From NCBI GenBank assembly GCA_963827685.1, contig CAWHBU010000001.1, positions 192,001 through 256,000 on the forward strand: a DNA stretch of 64,000 bases, in the 5' to 3' direction. The stretch comes from an uncultured delta proteobacterium. GTDB taxonomy: Bacteria; Desulfobacterota; BSN033; UBA1163. The position numbers were made by a program, and so were the translations under genes. Each line of letters begins with the position of its first letter. The stretch's first letter is position 1. Below are positions 9,426 through 19,542 of this stretch, in pieces. A model generated the notes under the pieces. The model had not been told where the DNA came from. It saw only the letters and a list, made by a program, of their open reading frames with translations, and searched no databases.

Positions 9426-9860
9426 ATGACCATGAAATCAAAGACGATACTATTAGCCTATCAGGATGATTCTTGGACCCGATCGCTCTCCACTTTTTTC
9501 CATGGCATGGGATATAAGGTTGAAATAACAAAGGTGATGAGCGAGATGATTCGGCGGATTCGAAAAGGGAATATTCATGTCATTCTCATCGACGATGAGA
9601 TCGAAGGGGTGAAGGCATGCGATGTCGTCCCCTTGTTGAAAAATATCAATCCGAAGATTCAAATTATCGTCATCTCGTCAGAAGAATCTATTGGGTTGGT
9701 GAAACGTCTCCGGGGAGCGGGAATCTTCTATCAGGCGATGAAACCTGTGGATCTGGGTGAAATCAAGTCAGCCGTGGAATGCGCCTTTGGGAAGATTGAA
9801 CGGGAAAGTACCAAAGAAGGATTCTTCTCCTTTCTCACTCCAGAGATGGTTCCGGCATAA
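9426..9860 (+). CDS. Stand-alone response-regulator receiver domain (atypical acidic pocket)
   Basis: VILIDD, IIVISS, MKPV motifs. Confidence 0.85.
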   Translation: MTMKSKTILLAYQDDSWTRSLSTFFHGMGYKVEITKVMSEMIRRIRKGNIHVILIDDEIEGVKACDVVPLLKNINPKIQIIVISSEESIGLVKRLRGAGIFYQAMKPVDLGEIKSAVECAFGKIERESTKEGFFSFLTPEMVPA

Positions 9861-10066
9861 GGTCTGAGTCAATCCCACCCTCCACCCAATACAGGATTAA
9901 ACTCAAATCTGCAATTGTACCCCATTCTACGAGTGTTCTCTACGGTTTCCTCCATGCAGAGCTTCAGCATCGTCCTAAAATGATTGGGACATTTAAGGTT
10001 GCTCACAATTTCTTGGATATGGCACAGTTGTGAATGAGAAGGGCATATTACAATAGCCTACTTATG

Positions 10067-10111
10067 CTAGACTCGATTCTCTAGGATCACCGGGTCCACA
10101 ATCTCTCCACA
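10067..10111 (-). pseudogene. Remnant of the zinc-ribbon microprotein family seen at 44329..44472
   Basis: Reads CGEIVDPVILENRV* versus CGEIVDKVILENRL. Confidence 0.55.
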
Positions 10112-10282
10112 GGGCAGTTCCTGCAGGGGGGGATTCCTCCCTGGTCCTTGGCGAACCACAAAAATGGGGTAGGCCAGGAATACCAAAAACTTCATCAGAG
10201 AAGAAGGGAAAAAAGAAGTTGATCCCGACAAAGGATGTGCCCTATACTGGAGTTAAAGCTATTTATTCCTAAAGGAGGAACT

Positions 10283-10624
10283 ATGTTCTTCATCGTTCGA
10301 TTGATCATTAATATGGTGGCCATCCTGATCATCTCTTATCTCTTTCCAAGGATGATCCGGGTAGATGGATTTTTAGCCGCTTTGGTCGCTGCTTTTCTCC
10401 TGGGGATCGTCAACACGATCCTCCGGCCCATTCTGGTCTTGCTCACCCTTCCCATCACCTTGTTGACATTAGGACTCTTCTTATTGGTCATCAATGGATT
10501 GATGCTTTGGTTGGTATCAGCCCTGGTCAGAGGGTTTCATGTCAGTGGTTTTTGGGGCGCGGTGTTGGGCTCAATCTTGATTAGCATCGTGAGCTGGATA
10601 TTGTCCAGGTTTTTACCCTCCTGA
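10283..10624 (+). CDS. YvlD-like 4-TM membrane protein (phage holin family 4-like)
   Basis: RBS AAAGGAGG before ATG 10283; LGIVNTILRPILVLLTLPITLLTLGLF. Confidence 0.88.
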   Translation: MFFIVRLIINMVAILIISYLFPRMIRVDGFLAALVAAFLLGIVNTILRPILVLLTLPITLLTLGLFLLVINGLMLWLVSALVRGFHVSGFWGAVLGSILISIVSWILSRFLPS

Positions 10625-10765
10625 AAAAAGGAATACGTTTCGAATCATCAAAGGTTGTCATTGCGAGCCCGGAAAGCCTAAGAGGGTTAACAAGGATCAG
10701 AAAATCTTGGGCACGTTTTGGCCAGCGGAACCATACCACCATCATTGCCCTGATTTGATCACGTC

Positions 10766-11407
10766 CTACATGACCGTTGTCCTCATGTCTCCCAGAGATT
10801 GATTTAAATAATCTGTGAGGAGCCAGGCGAGAATGGCCATGGATTCCATGTCTAAGAATTTTTCTGCCCGACGTTCAAACAGCAGAAGACATTGGGCCGG
10901 GAATTCCTCATCCGCATCATTAAAAAGAAGGAGAGTAGGAACGCAGGGGAGGGGATCAAACTTGATCGATAATTGATACCCCCAATCCAATCCAGGATCC
11001 CTGCCGCCCAGTTGAAGGCATGCCCTTCTCAAGGCTTCCAGCCTACCAGCAAAGTTTTTTGCAATTGCCTTTTCTGTATTATTCTGAAATCCTCCCACAA
11101 AAGGAGAGGCATCCTTAAAATCTTTGTAAGAAATCCAATCCTCTCCCTCTGGTTCCACGGCCGGAGTATGGAGAAGGTGTTGACACAAAACTACCTTGAC
11201 GGAGTGAATCGGTTCTTTCCCAGAAGGATCCACAATCCCTCTGGAAGAAATCTTATAAAGTTGTCCGAAAAGAGGGACGAGAATGGAATCTCCTTCCATT
11301 TCAACCCCTATTCTTTTCGCTATCGTTTGAAGATCGACCTGACTCAGCTGTTTTAGATAATCTTGGTAAATTTTTTGGAAGATAGGCGCTTTTTGCTCTA
11401 AGTCCAT
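10766..11407 (-). CDS. DUF3786-family protein
   Basis: WISYKDF, FNDADEEFPAQCLLLF, LDMES; the longer start runs through a repeat. Confidence 0.8.
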   Translation of the reverse strand: MDLEQKAPIFQKIYQDYLKQLSQVDLQTIAKRIGVEMEGDSILVPLFGQLYKISSRGIVDPSGKEPIHSVKVVLCQHLLHTPAVEPEGEDWISYKDFKDASPFVGGFQNNTEKAIAKNFAGRLEALRRACLQLGGRDPGLDWGYQLSIKFDPLPCVPTLLLFNDADEEFPAQCLLLFERRAEKFLDMESMAILAWLLTDYLNQSLGDMRTTVM

Positions 11408-11423
11408 TTTCAAAAATCTTTGC

Positions 11424-11494
11424 TTCCCCTCTTCGCACCCTCTCCTCCTGCCCAACGGCAGGCAGGCATTGGGGAGAGGGAAGGGTGAGGGGGT
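11424..11494. repeat. REP-like palindrome (CCCCTCACCC..CTCTCCCC/GGAGAGGG type) with nested CCTGCC-GGCAGG hairpin
   Basis: Inverted pyrimidine/purine arms; related copy at 31351..31392. Confidence 0.65.
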
Positions 11495-11505
11495 ATTCAT
11501 TAGGA

Positions 11506-12030
11506 TTAAGCTCCATCCAAAGTATGATGCTCTGCTTTTCGATACCAGGAGGCAGGATCAATGAAATATTCTTCCGTATCCTTGAGAGATAGATAGTGCT
11601 CATTTTCCATCTTTGACAGTAGATCAAAGAATTGCTTTTCTTTAGGATTAGAGACACTATCCCGCAGCTCGGCATAGAACTTTGCTCCCTTTGCCTCGAA
11701 GTCAAGAGCTGTACGGACCGCCTCCAGGTCATCCGAATCTCCTTTGGCCGTCTTATCTACCTTTTTGACGAATTCAAGCAGGATATCCTTCACGATCGTA
11801 TCTTTCACTTTAAGAGGAACGGTCTCAGGCCACTTTTCCTGTTTGGCCCACTTTTGATGGAGCTGTTTCAGCCGTTCATAATGTTCCAGTTCATCGTCCC
11901 CGATCTGCTGGAACATTTTTTTGCCGAGAGCGTTCTTGGTTCTATTGGCATTTTTAAGATAGAATTCTCGCTCCCTCATTTCATTATTGAGAGCCACCTC
12001 CAGAGCATTCAGACGGTCTTTTTGGTCCAT
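11506..12030 (-). CDS. Ferritin-like (rubrerythrin diiron domain) protein
   Basis: Two E..ExxH repeats (DELEH, MENEH); RBS GGGAGG before MDQKD. Confidence 0.88.
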   Translation of the reverse strand: MDQKDRLNALEVALNNEMREREFYLKNANRTKNALGKKMFQQIGDDELEHYERLKQLHQKWAKQEKWPETVPLKVKDTIVKDILLEFVKKVDKTAKGDSDDLEAVRTALDFEAKGAKFYAELRDSVSNPKEKQFFDLLSKMENEHYLSLKDTEEYFIDPASWYRKAEHHTLDGA

Positions 12031-12178
12031 TACGATTCCTCCCTTCCGAATATCCGTTAGCCTATGTCCAAATTCTGCATTCGTGTTTTTTATATTATCC
12101 CAGTTCTTTCGATCTATCAAGAAGTCTGTGGAAGGATTTCTCACTCTTTGGTGGAAGAGTAAGTGCGGAAAGGAAGAA

Positions 12179-13516
12179 TCATTCCATGCCTGCTTCGTTC
12201 AGATTGGCGACGATGACGAGGACATATTTTTTCGGGTAAAGGTATTTTTTCGCGACACGGAGAACGTCTTCCCGTGTCACGGATCGGATGAGGGAAGGGT
12301 ACTTTTCGGGATAATTGAGACCCAAACCAAAGTACTCCACCTGGCTGAGGAAATTAGCGAGCTTTCCCTGAGTATCGAGCCTCATGGGAAAACTTCCGAT
12401 GAGATATTTCTTTGCCCCTTCCAGTTCTTTCTCTGAAACGAGTTCTTTTTGGATCCGCTCCACCTGTTGGAGTGAAAGCGAGATGGCCTCCTTCGCAGAG
12501 GAATTTTTTGTCTGGAGAACAATCTGGAAAGAACCCGGATATTTCCCGGGATCAAAAAAGCTTGCCACAGAATAGGCAAGCCCCCTCTTGTTTCTAATCT
12601 CCTCCATCAATCGAGAAGCAAACCCCCCCCCTCCGAGAATATAATTCATGACCGTGAGGGCATAATAATCAGGATTCTCCCGGCTGACGCCAGCATGGCC
12701 AAGAATGATGTTGGCTTGGGTGATCGGCCGGTTGATCTTCACCGTCTTCTGCTCTTTTTCAAACTTGGTTATGAAAGGCGGTTTGGGAATCTCACCTGTC
12801 GGCCATTTTTCGAGAAGGGGGAGAAGTTTGGCCTTCACCTGGTCAGCTGTCATATCACCTACCACCGTCAGAATGGCGTTGTTGCGATGGTAATAGGATC
12901 GATAGAATCGAACGACCGCTTCCCGTGTGAGCCTGGGAACGGATTCCTTTGTTCCTTCGACAGGATGCCCATAAGGGCTGTTGAGGAAGAGGGATTTCAG
13001 AAACTCCTTTCCAGCAACTTCCTCGGGCTGATCTTCTTCAGATTGAATGGCTGCGAGGGTCTTCTCTATCTCTCTTCGGATCTCCTCTTCAGGAAAAGTG
13101 GGTTGGGTGAGTACTTCCATGAAGAGATTCAATCCCTTGTCGAGATCTTTCTTTAAAACCTTCAGGCTTAGGGTGGCATAATCTCTGCCTGAGGAAGAAG
13201 AGAGAGAGGCTCCCATGAAATCGAGCTCCTCATTAACCTGATTGACAGTGTGCTTCGATGTTCCCAGAAGAAGCCCTCTGGCTGTCAGGTATGACAAGCC
13301 TTCCTCTCCAGAAGGATCTTTCCACGACCCTGAATCGATCAAAAGCTGGAATGTGACAAATGGAAGGGAGTGTTCTTCAGAGACAAGAAGGATGAGCTGA
13401 TTGGGAAGAACCGTCCTCTGGACCGGAGGCATGGCTGAGGCCGCATTCGATTGTAGAGAGAGGCAGAACAGCAGCAATATGAGGATCATCGTCTTAAGGA
13501 TTTTGGTATTCATCAC
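12179..13516 (-). CDS. M16B peptidase, non-catalytic subunit
   Basis: M16 fold lacking HxxEH; LGGGGFASRL..EIR.KRGLAY. Confidence 0.9.
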   Translation of the reverse strand: MMNTKILKTMILILLLFCLSLQSNAASAMPPVQRTVLPNQLILLVSEEHSLPFVTFQLLIDSGSWKDPSGEEGLSYLTARGLLLGTSKHTVNQVNEELDFMGASLSSSSGRDYATLSLKVLKKDLDKGLNLFMEVLTQPTFPEEEIRREIEKTLAAIQSEEDQPEEVAGKEFLKSLFLNSPYGHPVEGTKESVPRLTREAVVRFYRSYYHRNNAILTVVGDMTADQVKAKLLPLLEKWPTGEIPKPPFITKFEKEQKTVKINRPITQANIILGHAGVSRENPDYYALTVMNYILGGGGFASRLMEEIRNKRGLAYSVASFFDPGKYPGSFQIVLQTKNSSAKEAISLSLQQVERIQKELVSEKELEGAKKYLIGSFPMRLDTQGKLANFLSQVEYFGLGLNYPEKYPSLIRSVTREDVLRVAKKYLYPKKYVLVIVANLNEAGME

Positions 13517-13594
13517 ACCCTCGATTTAGGAATTGGGGAATTTAGGAATTACCATTCCTCAATTCGAAATTTGGAATTCGCAATTTATAATTTC

Positions 13595-14986
13595 TTATCT
13601 CACAATCCTTTCTTTAATGGTAGAGCCAGTCGGCGCAGGCATCCCTTCTTTGGGTGGAAGCGGGATAAGAATGCCCACTGTCCGATTATCCGGGGTCAAA
13701 TATTTTTGTGCAACTCGCTGGATATCTTCTTGAGTCACTTTACGGATGGAGGGAAGGTAGTCATTAATCGCTCTCCAAGTGAGGGCAATCTCGTGCTGGG
13801 CGAGGAGCATGCCTTGGTAGAATAGCGAATCCTGCCCAAATATAAAGGAAGCTTCGATTTGATTCTTTGCCTTTTCCAGTTCCTGTTTCTCCACCACTTC
13901 TTTCCGGAGTCGCTCCACTTCTTGATCGAATGCCTTCTCCACTTCTGTGACCTCTTTTCCAGGAAGCAATTCAGCAGAGAGAGTGAAGAGGCTTGGGTCT
14001 CGGGAGATCAGGGAGTGGTCAGCATCAGCACTGAGCACAAGCCTTTTCTGCCGGACGAGGCTCTGGTAGAGCCTGGAGCTTTTACCTCCAGAGAGAATGG
14101 TGGCGATCACTTCCAGCACGTAGCTATCTTGCTCTCGAAGGTTCGGCACATGATACCCCGTGACCAGGAATGGGAGTTGAGCCTCTTTTTTCACAAAGAC
14201 TCTGCGCTCCCCAATCTGTGCAGGGTCTTTATCTTTTTCCTGATGGGGAGCCACGCCTTTCGGATATGAACCGAAGGCCTTCCCAATTTTTGGAAGGAGT
14301 TCTTCTTTCTTAAAATCTCCCACGACAACGAGAATGGCATTGACAGGGTTATAGTAAGTTTTGTAGTACACCCTTAAGTCCTCAAGGGTGAAGCGGGCGA
14401 TATCCTCCATCCAGCCGATAATTGGCCAATGGTAAGGTTGCATCTCAAATGCAGCTGCCATGAGTTGCTCTACCAGAACAGCTTGCGGGTTATCGTCAGT
14501 GCGAAGCCTCCGCTCTTCCATCACCACCATTCGCTCGGTCCGGAAGTCTTGCTCCCGGAGGAGCAGATTCTGCATTCTATCCGATTCCAGATCGATCGAA
14601 ACCTGAACACGATCCGCATTGAGATTTTCGAAGTAGGCGGTGTAGTCATGTGAAGTGAAGGCATTGTCATTTCCCCCATTTTCCTGGATGATTCTGGAAA
14701 ACTCCTCGGGACCCACCTTCTCTGTCCCTTTAAACATCATGTGCTCGAGCATATGAGAAAGGCCTGTCTTTCCCCACGCCTCGTTCCGAGATCCCACACG
14801 GTACCAGACCTGAAAGGTGACAAGGGGGGCTTTGTGATTTTCAAGCAGGATCACTTTTAGGCCGTTTGGCAAAATGGTTTCGAATACCTGCTCTTGGAGC
14901 CCGGCCTCGGAAAGTGGTACGGATAAACCGTAGAGAAAAAAGATGAGAAAAGCTAAATTCCATTTCAGTCTTGCCCGATAACTCAA
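13595..14986 (-). CDS. M16B zinc peptidase, catalytic subunit
   Basis: GLSHMLEHMMFKG (HxxEH), NAFTS. Confidence 0.93.
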   Translation of the reverse strand: MSYRARLKWNLAFLIFFLYGLSVPLSEAGLQEQVFETILPNGLKVILLENHKAPLVTFQVWYRVGSRNEAWGKTGLSHMLEHMMFKGTEKVGPEEFSRIIQENGGNDNAFTSHDYTAYFENLNADRVQVSIDLESDRMQNLLLREQDFRTERMVVMEERRLRTDDNPQAVLVEQLMAAAFEMQPYHWPIIGWMEDIARFTLEDLRVYYKTYYNPVNAILVVVGDFKKEELLPKIGKAFGSYPKGVAPHQEKDKDPAQIGERRVFVKKEAQLPFLVTGYHVPNLREQDSYVLEVIATILSGGKSSRLYQSLVRQKRLVLSADADHSLISRDPSLFTLSAELLPGKEVTEVEKAFDQEVERLRKEVVEKQELEKAKNQIEASFIFGQDSLFYQGMLLAQHEIALTWRAINDYLPSIRKVTQEDIQRVAQKYLTPDNRTVGILIPLPPKEGMPAPTGSTIKERIVR

Positions 14987-15076
14987 TTTTATCTCCCTTC
15001 CTATTTTTCTTAGAAGATTCTTCCCTTTAAATGAAAATTATGCCAGTTTTTTTGGAAAAAAACATTTCAGGTTCCC

Positions 15077-16393
15077 TTAATGTTGGCTGATTATCCCTTT
15101 TGTTGTTTTTTCTGACAAGATCCCCTTTTTAATATAAATGGGGCGAACCATTTTCCTTACTAATGGGAGTTTCTTGGCGAATACGAAGGAACCTAATAGA
15201 CATGAGGCTCCGCCGATGATTAAGGTATACGGGGCTCCAATTCTACCTGCGAGGCTGCCGCCGGCCAAGCTTCCAAAAGGGGCCATCCCCATAAATGCCA
15301 TTGTATAAAGGCTCATCACCCGGCCCCTTTTATCATCATCCACCATGGTTTGGAGGATTGTATTGCTCGATGCCATGTGCACCATCATTCCAAAGCCTGT
15401 AAGGGACAAGAGAAACAATGACAGCCATAAGATATGAGATAAAGAAAAAGAGATCAGTCCAATTCCAAAGATTCCGGATCCGATAACAATGACTCTTCCC
15501 AATCCAAGGACACTTCTGCGGGAGGCAAGGTAAATAGCTCCTATGACGGCACCCACACCGATCGCTGCCATCAGAAAACCGTAAGTCTGTGCATTGCCAT
15601 GAAGGATGTCTTTGGCAAAGACAGGCATGAGGGTTGTGTTCGCCATTCCCACCAAACTAATCCATCCAAGAAAAAAAAGAATTGACCGGATGGGGGGAAA
15701 GCGAAAGGCATAGGCAAACCCCTCTTTGAGCCCTTGCCAAAGTTGGGTCCGCTCGGTTTCTCTTTTGTTTGGGGTCATCTTCATGGCTAACAAAGCTATG
15801 ATGACGGCAAGAAAACTGACTCCGTTGAAGAAAAAACACATCCCCTCCCCCAGGATAGAAATGAGTATGCCTGCTATGGAGGGCCCCACCAGTCTCGCGC
15901 CATTAAAGAGAAATGAGTTTAGCGCTATGGCATTTCCTAAATCCTCTCTCTTTTTTACCATTTCCACCACGAAAGCCTGACGAGTAGGCATATCAAAGGC
16001 ATTGACAAGACCGAGGAAGACAGCAAGAATGACGAGGTGATGAACAGCGATGACATCCATCAGAGTGAGAAAGGCTAGAAGAAAGGCCTGTACCATGGCC
16101 AGGGATTGAGTGGCAACCAGGATGCGATGGCGGTTCCACCGGTCAGAAATGACGCCCGCAAAGGGAGAGAAGATGAAACTGCAAATTTGACTTGAAAATC
16201 CGATGACACCAAGAAGGAAAGCTGAATGGGTCAAGCGATAAACCAGCCAGCTCATTGCAATCTGCTGCATCCAAGTGCCGATGAGAGAAATCCCTTGGCC
16301 ACCGAAAAAAAGGCGATAGTTTCTATGGGAGAGGCCTCGAAAGATCAGCCTTAACCCTTTTGGATCAGCAGGGCGGGATTGATCTAATTCCAT
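15077..16393 (-). CDS. MFS transporter
   Basis: About 12 TM segments; GVISDRWNRHR motif A; FNGARLVGP. Confidence 0.92.
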   Translation of the reverse strand: MELDQSRPADPKGLRLIFRGLSHRNYRLFFGGQGISLIGTWMQQIAMSWLVYRLTHSAFLLGVIGFSSQICSFIFSPFAGVISDRWNRHRILVATQSLAMVQAFLLAFLTLMDVIAVHHLVILAVFLGLVNAFDMPTRQAFVVEMVKKREDLGNAIALNSFLFNGARLVGPSIAGILISILGEGMCFFFNGVSFLAVIIALLAMKMTPNKRETERTQLWQGLKEGFAYAFRFPPIRSILFFLGWISLVGMANTTLMPVFAKDILHGNAQTYGFLMAAIGVGAVIGAIYLASRRSVLGLGRVIVIGSGIFGIGLISFSLSHILWLSLFLLSLTGFGMMVHMASSNTILQTMVDDDKRGRVMSLYTMAFMGMAPFGSLAGGSLAGRIGAPYTLIIGGASCLLGSFVFAKKLPLVRKMVRPIYIKKGILSEKTTKGIISQH

Positions 16394-16447
16394 CTTTTGG
16401 ACTGAATCCTTCCGAGAAACGGGGAGTTCCTTTTCACTTGACTTGCT

Positions 16448-16729
16448 CTATTTCATTAACTCGTTAACTTCCTTTTCCCCTTCTTTCAATTCTTTCTCTT
16501 GCTCCTTGTCTTCCATTAATAAGAGAGCCTGGAACTCTCCCACATGTGTTTTTTCTTCTCTTGCCACATCCAAGAGTAATTTCCTGATGTTTTTGTTTTG
16601 GGTCATATCCGCCATTTGCTCGTAGAGATTGATGGCATCCAATTCGGCGATAATTGCGGATCTCAATATCTCTTTGTCCAGGGCTTCTTTTCTAATTCTT
16701 TCAAGATCGATTGGTATTCTGGATAGCAT
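16448..16729 (-). CDS. Short ferritin-like protein (Flp/EncFtn type)
   Basis: AIIAELDAINLYEQ ... REEKTHVGEF, 93 aa half-bundle. Confidence 0.85.
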   Translation of the reverse strand: MLSRIPIDLERIRKEALDKEILRSAIIAELDAINLYEQMADMTQNKNIRKLLLDVAREEKTHVGEFQALLLMEDKEQEKELKEGEKEVNELMK

Positions 16730-16875
16730 ATCTTTGCCTCCCGTAATCCTTTTGGTCTATCAGTAAGCCATCATTAACAAGTCATCAGCATAATCCTGAT
16801 CCAAATCTTCCAGGGCTTTGTACTCTTACAAACCAGGCGGCAATCTCCTATTTGTGAATACAGAAAGTTGCTCAC

Positions 16876-17406
16876 TTATACGGGGATCTTTTCAGGTATT
16901 CCAATCTTAAACGTTTCCCACTCAATAAAGAACGCCCCGTTTTCCAATCTTGTTGGCAATGTATCAAGAGGACGAGGAGCCGGACCTCGCAGCACTTTGC
17001 CATCGATCGAGAAGACACTTTCGTGGCAAGGGCAGATGAATTCTTGCGTCTCAGGATGCCAGTCATACCTGCAGCCGAGATGGGGGCAGATTGGGGAAAA
17101 TATGGTCACCTCTGATGAGGAATGCTTGATCGCCCAGACATCGCGTAAGATCTTTTCCCGGATGACCATATCCACCTTTTGGTCAGTCCAGGATAACTTT
17201 ATTGGCTGACCCACAGGCAATGAGCCAATTTCAGCCACTTTGGCCCAGTCCGATTTTTTCATTCGGAATAGAGGTCCAACCAAAGTGCCGACAAGTGGAA
17301 TCCCCAATGTTAGGGCAACAAGGGAACCCAGCGCCCCAGTAAAAAGCTTCAGAAAACCTCGTCGAGTGTTTCCTCCATGTTCAACTGATTGCATCTCGTT
17401 CGTCAC
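16876..17406 (-). CDS. Rieske 2Fe-2S subunit of a cytochrome bc complex
   Basis: Tat TRRGFL; CPHLGC and CPCH; GPAPRPL. Confidence 0.93.
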   Translation of the reverse strand: MTNEMQSVEHGGNTRRGFLKLFTGALGSLVALTLGIPLVGTLVGPLFRMKKSDWAKVAEIGSLPVGQPIKLSWTDQKVDMVIREKILRDVWAIKHSSSEVTIFSPICPHLGCRYDWHPETQEFICPCHESVFSIDGKVLRGPAPRPLDTLPTRLENGAFFIEWETFKIGIPEKIPV

Positions 17407-17467
17407 AATCGCTCCGTCTGTTTCAAAAAGTTGCGAAAGACCTCATAAAAACTTCATTTTCTCGGTG

Positions 17468-19447
17468 TCAAGCGTTTTTCTTCCTTGACAGCCCAATTCC
17501 AAGTCCCCCAAACACGATCGCAAAGGCTGCCAAGACCAGCCAGAAAAAGAGTTTCGGGGAGATTCCAGGATGAACCAACTGGGCCCGATTGACGCCGTTC
17601 AACTTCAGAACGTACGCTTCAACATTAGCCATTTGAGCTTGCGTCAACGTGTCGTCATCTCCGAAGGGCAGCATGTACAGCTGGGGATTCGGACCCGCGG
17701 GTATCGAACCGTGCTGGATGAGCCGATCAATGTTGTCGGCAAAGGTCTGTGCGTTTTTGCTAAAGAAGTCACGGTCGATAGGGTTGAGGGGTGGCACTCT
17801 GCCATCATCAGAACCAGGGTTCGGAACTTTATCGGTGCCTTGTGATCCGTGGCATGCTTCACAAACATTCTTGAATGTCACCGCACCGAGGTCGGCATTG
17901 CCAATGATAGAAGCTGCTTGCTCTGGAAGGCCATGGGGACCAATCTGTTCCTTCCCCGAAGCAGCCAGGACTCCGGCCTTAGGATGAGTCGCCCTCATTT
18001 TCGCCCTACCCAGAATCTGTGGGAGCGCTCCAGATCGAGGGGAGGGTGATGGAGCCTTTCCAGACTTGCCTTCAGGTTCCAGAGTGAGCAGATAATCGAC
18101 GAGATCATTCACTTGTTGGTTACTGGCCGAGGAGAAAGCGGGCATGATGGTTTTGGGGTCGTTTTTTTTGGGATTCCGGATCTGCGTCGTAAGCCACTCA
18201 CGTGTTCTGCCTTTCAGCACTCCGGAAGAGAGGTCAGGTGCTATTGTACCACCTGTGCCGTAAACCCGATGACATGCAATACACCCAAGGGTGTGGAAGA
18301 GCTGAGCACCCCGCTGCGCACTTGCTGACAGCAGAGTCGATTGAGTCGATGGGACAGGTGTCAGAAAATTGGTTTTTACTCCACCCCCTGAGTCAGCTCC
18401 TGGTTTGCTATAGTACCCGAGGATACCCAGGGTGATCACCCAGATAACAAAAACCAGATAGCCCCCCATGGCAACAGGCCGGCGGGCTGGGTTTCGCTCG
18501 GGATTTCGATCGAGAAAAGGTAGAAGCACGAGAAGTGAGATAACGAACAGTGGAATCCCTATCGTTCCGACCGGTTCAAATCTTCCATGGAAGGCTTTCA
18601 GGGATTGATAAAAAAAGAGGAAGAACCACTCTGGTTTCGGAGCGTAGGAAGTAGTCGTTAAATCCAAAGGGCCGGCAAAGGATGGAAGAATGTATGCAGA
18701 CAGTCCAACTAAAATGACGAAAATGGATGTGATGATCAAGGCATCTTTGAATACTTGATCCGGCCAGAATTGTCCAATACGGTTGCGTTTGGCTTCATCC
18801 CAGGGGCCGGCAATGCCGAAATTACGGAAGGCGATCAGGTGGACGCCGATCAATGCCAGTAAGAGGACTGGTAAAATGGCTACGTGAAGCACGAAGAAGC
18901 GGGAGAGCGTCAATTGGCCCATTTCTGCACCCCCCCGGAGAAGTTTTTCGACCAGTCCTCCAACAAATGGCGCTGTGCCTGCCATACTTGTGCCCACTTC
19001 GGCCTCCCAATAGCCCTTTTGATCCCATGGTAAAACTGGCCCTGTGAATCCCAAGGCTAAAGTCAAGAGCAATAGACCCACGCCAATTAACCAGGTGAGT
19101 TGGCGAGGCTGCTTGTAGGCTCCCCATATGAAGACACGAGACAGATGGAGTCCTATGAGGATGATCATCGCGTTGGCTCCCCAGCGGTGAAGGCCGTGAA
19201 TAAGCCACCCGAAAGGCACCTCTAAGCGCAGATAACTGAGACTATCATAGGCGTGATCCGTAGTCGGGACAAAGTAAAACAGCTGCCATATCCCCGTGAT
19301 GACCTGCAACAGAAAAGTGATCAGGACGGAACTGCCGAAGATATAAGCAAAGCTCGCCCCTCCAGGCATTTCTTCTTCAAGGCTCCAACGAATAACAGCG
19401 TTAAGGGGCCAGCGATCGTTGATCCAACGGATGATTTGTGAAGGCAT
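17468..19447 (-). CDS. Cytochrome b + subunit IV + two cytochrome c domains fusion
   Basis: QVITG, GLHRWGA, LPWDQ, PEWF; CIACH and CEACH; C-terminal TM. Confidence 0.9.
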   Translation of the reverse strand: MPSQIIRWINDRWPLNAVIRWSLEEEMPGGASFAYIFGSSVLITFLLQVITGIWQLFYFVPTTDHAYDSLSYLRLEVPFGWLIHGLHRWGANAMIILIGLHLSRVFIWGAYKQPRQLTWLIGVGLLLLTLALGFTGPVLPWDQKGYWEAEVGTSMAGTAPFVGGLVEKLLRGGAEMGQLTLSRFFVLHVAILPVLLLALIGVHLIAFRNFGIAGPWDEAKRNRIGQFWPDQVFKDALIITSIFVILVGLSAYILPSFAGPLDLTTTSYAPKPEWFFLFFYQSLKAFHGRFEPVGTIGIPLFVISLLVLLPFLDRNPERNPARRPVAMGGYLVFVIWVITLGILGYYSKPGADSGGGVKTNFLTPVPSTQSTLLSASAQRGAQLFHTLGCIACHRVYGTGGTIAPDLSSGVLKGRTREWLTTQIRNPKKNDPKTIMPAFSSASNQQVNDLVDYLLTLEPEGKSGKAPSPSPRSGALPQILGRAKMRATHPKAGVLAASGKEQIGPHGLPEQAASIIGNADLGAVTFKNVCEACHGSQGTDKVPNPGSDDGRVPPLNPIDRDFFSKNAQTFADNIDRLIQHGSIPAGPNPQLYMLPFGDDDTLTQAQMANVEAYVLKLNGVNRAQLVHPGISPKLFFWLVLAAFAIVFGGLGIGLSRKKNA

Positions 19448-19542
19448 ACGTGGTTTTCCTCTAAAAAAGATTTTTGCCATGCCATGAGAACTCTGCAATG
19501 GCATTGTTCAGGCAGGAGGAGCTAAGAATTTACTATGAGGTA

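Noticed and set aside
10283-10624. Holin-family label as evidence of a prophage
   Set aside because: YvlD-like proteins are common chromosomal genes; no phage genes nearby
16765-16850. Minus-strand peptide EYKALEDLDQDYADDLLMMAY*
   Set aside because: Might be a gene remnant but is too short to support a call
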